Translations under genes and position numbers: made by a program
In this document: in pieces, positions 60,607 through 64,000 of the stretch
Layout of the letters: every line of letters begins with the position of its first letter
Numbering within the stretch: position 1 is the stretch's first letter
From: Nitrosopumilus sp.
Lineage (GTDB): Archaea; Thermoproteota; Nitrososphaeria; Nitrososphaerales; Nitrosopumilaceae
Length of the DNA: 64,000 nucleotides
NCBI GenBank assembly: GCA_965238275.1
Contig: OZ250186.1
Location: forward strand, 768,001 to 832,000
Direction: 5' to 3'
The notes under the pieces: generated by a model
Databases searched by the model: none
Seen by the model: the letters and a program-made list of their open reading frames with translations, nothing else
What the model was told of the DNA's origin: nothing

Positions 60607-60643
60607 TTCGTGCAATTTTTTGAGATCCTTTTTAAGAAAATAA
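59506..60643 (+). pseudogene. IS110 DEDD recombinase; ACG in place of the start codon and a frameshift near 60000
   Basis: YIGIDVHK, CEST, KNDKADS, IPGIG, YAGLVP....SG; SD-like GGAGGTGA upstream. Confidence 0.9.
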
Positions 60644-60658
60644 ATCCCAACTACAGGT

Positions 60659-62179
60659 ATGATTGTCAGCAAAATCATCAAGATAACACAATCTCGGGAA
60701 CTGTCACGCAAGATCGTGAAATGCTCCCGGGAAACAGACATCATTTACGACATGACGATCATGATGAAACTCACACATCCCAGAATCACGCAGTTTGATG
60801 TCAACAACCTGATAACAGGATGGCGCAGGGAATTCGGCCTGACCAACAGCGTCCGCATGCATGAGGCCGCCTCAAAACAGGCTTTCCAGGCGGTAGTCAA
60901 ATTCCGCAAGGCAAACCGGCTCAAGCACAACAAGCGCATCTGGCGCAAGAAACAGATCAAGCTGGGGAAAAAGAAGACGTACAGGCACAACAGGTGGACC
61001 GAGCCGTCTGGCCTGATGAGGCGCGGCAGGAAAACAACCAGGCTGCGCTCGCTGAATTCACGCGGAAAGCCAAAACTGCGGGACGACGGCACCGTATTTC
61101 TGCCCGGACTCGGGGAAGTAAGGCCGCGCGTAAAGATCCCGGAAGGCAGGCTCGTGTCATTCCAGATGATTGATGTTACGAAAAAAGTCACGCGCAGGAC
61201 GAAAGATTCTGACTGCGAATTCAGACTGTGCCTGCAAATCGAGGTTCCGGATCCCGAACCCGTGACAGACGGCGACGGCGACAGTTGCAAGGCCGGATTG
61301 GATCTTGGAGTCAGGCACCTTGCGGCAGTCGCAGACGAGCATGGGAATGAAAAACTGTACAATGTCCCGGGAGGCTGCAAGAGGCATGACGGCGACAGGA
61401 TTGATCAGCTGAAATCACTTAGATCAAGATGCCAGACAGGCTCCAGAAGATGGAAAGAGATCGGCCGCAAGATAGCGCATGAATTGAAAAATATATCAAA
61501 CAGGCAAAAACACAACGAGATCGACATTGCCAGGCGGATAACAAAAGGGCTGTCTGCGTTGTTCTTGGAAGACATGGATTTGACCAAGATGAGGCGATCC
61601 AACGGAGCAGCCTCAAAGACTGGGTTGAATCGCGAGATGGCATACTCTAGGATTGGAGAGTTTCGATGCCAGCTTGAATGGCAGATGAAAAAGAAAGGCG
61701 GCGTTGCAAAACGCGTGAAATACAGGTACACGAGCCAGAAATGCGCTGCCTGCCAAATAGTGGACAAGAAGTCCAGAAACGGCGAATCCTTTGTCTGCGT
61801 GTCCTGCGGGTGGTGCCACCATGCCGACAAGAACGCGGCAAAAAACATTTTGGATAATGACTGTCTCCATACGGAGGAGACTGGCGGCCAAGCCCACGGG
61901 AATCGTGGAGGCACCATTGCAGGTGTCGAGGTCGTCACAAGGCGCGAGGATCACGGATCGGATGGTTCTGGAATGAACGATTCGACAAGCCGGCTTGGAC
62001 CCGGCAACAAGGAGGATGATGTTGGAAGATCTGACAGAGCGCCGGAAAGAGCATCAGGACATGCTACAGAGAGATCTGTTTGCACGAACTTTCGCTCGCC
62101 GCTATACTACCTGAACGCACCTGATCGCACTATTGCATCTCGATCGTGGACGGGGGCTTGCTTGATATCGCGTACGTGA
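60659..62179 (+). CDS. tnpB: TnpB RNA-guided nuclease with intact RuvC triad
   Basis: GLDLG, LEDMD, TSQKCAAC..FVCVSCG, HADKNAAKNI; low-complexity tail reads through the element end. Confidence 0.92.
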   Translation: MIVSKIIKITQSRELSRKIVKCSRETDIIYDMTIMMKLTHPRITQFDVNNLITGWRREFGLTNSVRMHEAASKQAFQAVVKFRKANRLKHNKRIWRKKQIKLGKKKTYRHNRWTEPSGLMRRGRKTTRLRSLNSRGKPKLRDDGTVFLPGLGEVRPRVKIPEGRLVSFQMIDVTKKVTRRTKDSDCEFRLCLQIEVPDPEPVTDGDGDSCKAGLDLGVRHLAAVADEHGNEKLYNVPGGCKRHDGDRIDQLKSLRSRCQTGSRRWKEIGRKIAHELKNISNRQKHNEIDIARRITKGLSALFLEDMDLTKMRRSNGAASKTGLNREMAYSRIGEFRCQLEWQMKKKGGVAKRVKYRYTSQKCAACQIVDKKSRNGESFVCVSCGWCHHADKNAAKNILDNDCLHTEETGGQAHGNRGGTIAGVEVVTRREDHGSDGSGMNDSTSRLGPGNKEDDVGRSDRAPERASGHATERSVCTNFRSPLYYLNAPDRTIASRSWTGACLISRT

Positions 62180-63653
62180 CCAGCGTGACGTCCTCGATCT
62201 CGTTTGTAATGCGGTTGCTCATCCTCTCCAGGACATCGTGGGGCAGCCTGGTCCAGTCGGCAGTCATCGCATCTATGGAATCGACTGCCCTGATGATCAC
62301 TATGTTTCCGTACCTTCGCTCGTCTCCCACTACGCCTACGGCCCTGTCATCGCCCACTGTAGCATATGCCTGCCATATCCCCTCGTACAGTCCGGCCTTG
62401 ATCAGCTCGTCCTCGACTATCCTGCTTGCCCTCTTGGCAATGTTGAGCTTGGCAGGCGTTATCTCCCCGATGATTCTTACTGCCAGGCCGGGACCGGGAA
62501 ACGGATGTCTGGTGAGTATCTTCTCAGGAACCCCCAGAATCCCTGCAATCTTTCTCACCTCGTCCTTGTACAGATCCCTTAACGGCTCCAGGACATCCAG
62601 ATGCAGCCAGTCAGGCAGCCCTCCCACGTTGTGGTGAGTCTTTATCACGGCTGCAGGCCCCTTTGATACCCCGCTCTCGATGACGTCCGGATAGAGCGTG
62701 CCCTGCGCCAGCCATTTGAACGGACCGTTCTGTTCGGCAAACTCTGTAAAGACATGGACAAACTCCTCCCCTATTATCATCCTCTTCCTCTCCGGGTCAG
62801 TTACCCCCCTTAGCCTCTCCAGAAACCTCTCTGATGCCTCAATGGCAGTAAAGTTTACGGCAAAGTTGTCCCTGAACATCCTCTCCACCTCGGCCCCCTC
62901 GTCCATTCTCAGCAGGCCGTTATTCACAAAGACACACTTGAGCCTGTCCCCTATGGCCCTGTGGATGATGAGTGCTGCAACTGTCGAGTCGATGCCCCCG
63001 CTGACACCGCACAGCACGTTGCCTTCGATCCCCGCGATGCCCCTGACTGCCTCCTCTACGAACCCCTCCATGGTCCACTCCTGGCCTGCCCCGCACACAT
63101 CAAGTACAAAATTACCAAGAATTCTGGTTCCCTTCTCGGTGTGCGCCACCTCCGGATGGAACTGGATTCCGTATACGGGCCTCTCCTCTGAGACGATTGC
63201 AGCAGCCTTTACGTTATCTGTATGTCCTATAACCCTGAATCCCGGAGGTACTGCCTCTGCCTCGTCGCCGTGGCTCATCCACGCCTTTACAGAATCCCCT
63301 ATTCCTCCCAAAAGATCGCCTGCGTCATCTATCCTGAGTTGTGCCGAACCGTACTCCTTGTTTGCCCGCTTTACCCTTCCGCCGTGCCTGTCCACAATAA
63401 GCTGGTGCCCGTAGCAGATTCCAAGTATGGGAAGCCCCATCTCAAAGATCCCGTCGTCTGGCATGGGGGCATCCTGCTCGTATACGCTTGACGGACCGCC
63501 TGACAGAATGATTCCCTTGGGGTTGCGTTTTTTCAGCTCCTCGCAGGTAATGTCATAGGGAACCAGCTCTGCGTACACTGAGAGATCCCTTATCCTTCTG
63601 CAGATTAGGTGGCTGTACTGTGATCCAAAATCTAGCACCGTGATCCTGTCCAT
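62130..63653 (-). CDS. guaA: GMP synthase (glutamine-hydrolysing)
   Basis: LDFGSQY, GICYGHQ, QFHPEV, SGGIDS, QGTLYPDVIES, HPFPGPGL, SKPP.TIE. Confidence 0.97.
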   Translation of the reverse strand: MDRITVLDFGSQYSHLICRRIRDLSVYAELVPYDITCEELKKRNPKGIILSGGPSSVYEQDAPMPDDGIFEMGLPILGICYGHQLIVDRHGGRVKRANKEYGSAQLRIDDAGDLLGGIGDSVKAWMSHGDEAEAVPPGFRVIGHTDNVKAAAIVSEERPVYGIQFHPEVAHTEKGTRILGNFVLDVCGAGQEWTMEGFVEEAVRGIAGIEGNVLCGVSGGIDSTVAALIIHRAIGDRLKCVFVNNGLLRMDEGAEVERMFRDNFAVNFTAIEASERFLERLRGVTDPERKRMIIGEEFVHVFTEFAEQNGPFKWLAQGTLYPDVIESGVSKGPAAVIKTHHNVGGLPDWLHLDVLEPLRDLYKDEVRKIAGILGVPEKILTRHPFPGPGLAVRIIGEITPAKLNIAKRASRIVEDELIKAGLYEGIWQAYATVGDDRAVGVVGDERRYGNIVIIRAVDSIDAMTADWTRLPHDVLERMSNRITNEIEDVTLVTYAISSKPPSTIEMQ

Positions 63654-63660
63654 ACCATCA

Positions 63661-64000
63661 TCACTTGCCGGTCTTTTCAAGCATTCTTGTAAGCGACCAT
63701 TCTGCCGCATTGATAAGATCCCCTGTCCTGTCGCCTCCGCCATAATTCCTGATTACTATCTCACGGATGCCGTTCTTGTCGCTGTCCACCGTACACTCTA
63801 TGACCGACTCTGGTGAAATCTCCCCCTTTTTGGCCATGGCCTCGTCCTTTCTCCTTATGTCCCCGATGACCCTGTCCATGAAGAATGACCGGAACGGTGG
63901 CGTATCCTCCCCTACCCTGATGTGATCCTCAAGCGTGATGGAGAGCCGATCCTGCGTGATGCGCGCCCTTGCGATAAGATCCCCGCCGTTCCCCCTCTTG
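63661..64000 (-). CDS. Conserved hypothetical protein, 3' part (partial)
   Basis: Open from the window edge: …TPPFRSFFMDRVIG…IRNYG…INAAEWSL.RMLEK. Confidence 0.7.
   Translation of the reverse strand, partial: KRGNGGDLIARARITQDRLSITLEDHIRVGEDTPPFRSFFMDRVIGDIRRKDEAMAKKGEISPESVIECTVDSDKNGIREIVIRNYGGGDRTGDLINAAEWSLTRMLEKTGK

Larger units (their letters stand above)
59299..62104 (+). mobile_element. Non-autonomous IS630/mariner-like TIR element carrying intact tnpB; left TIR split by an IS110
   Basis: After removing the IS110, left end TAGTGAAAAGCGAAAGTTCGTGCAA vs right end (rc of 62080-62104) TAGCGGCGAGCGAAAGTTCGTGCAA, 21/25; TA at 59297-98 and 62105-06. Confidence 0.85.

Overview
About 64 kb of chromosome from an ammonia-oxidising archaeon (Nitrosopumilaceae-like gene content and order, moderately GC-rich, IS-rich, possibly host-associated). 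Core content: thiolase/DUF35, class II ribonucleotide reductase preceded by an HTH-ATP cone-NrdD-like protein, tRNA-Gly, riboflavin operon, cobalamin lower-ligand operon, TFE, HflX, thermosome and guaA. The most notable signal is in the mobile DNA. Two unrelated tnpB genes each sit alone inside terminal inverted repeats with target-site duplications typical of DDE transposons: an IS6-like element (50-bp TIRs, 8-bp TSD, 18921-21723) and an IS630/mariner-like element (25-bp TIRs, TA TSD, 59299-62104). The second element's left TIR is split by an IS110 whose upstream non-coding region folds like a bridge RNA, with guide segments that spell that TIR. IS5-like (two copies), IS66 and IS630 elements with readable ends are also present, as are several genes broken by short local duplications. 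All calls come from reading the sequence by eye; no database searches were run.
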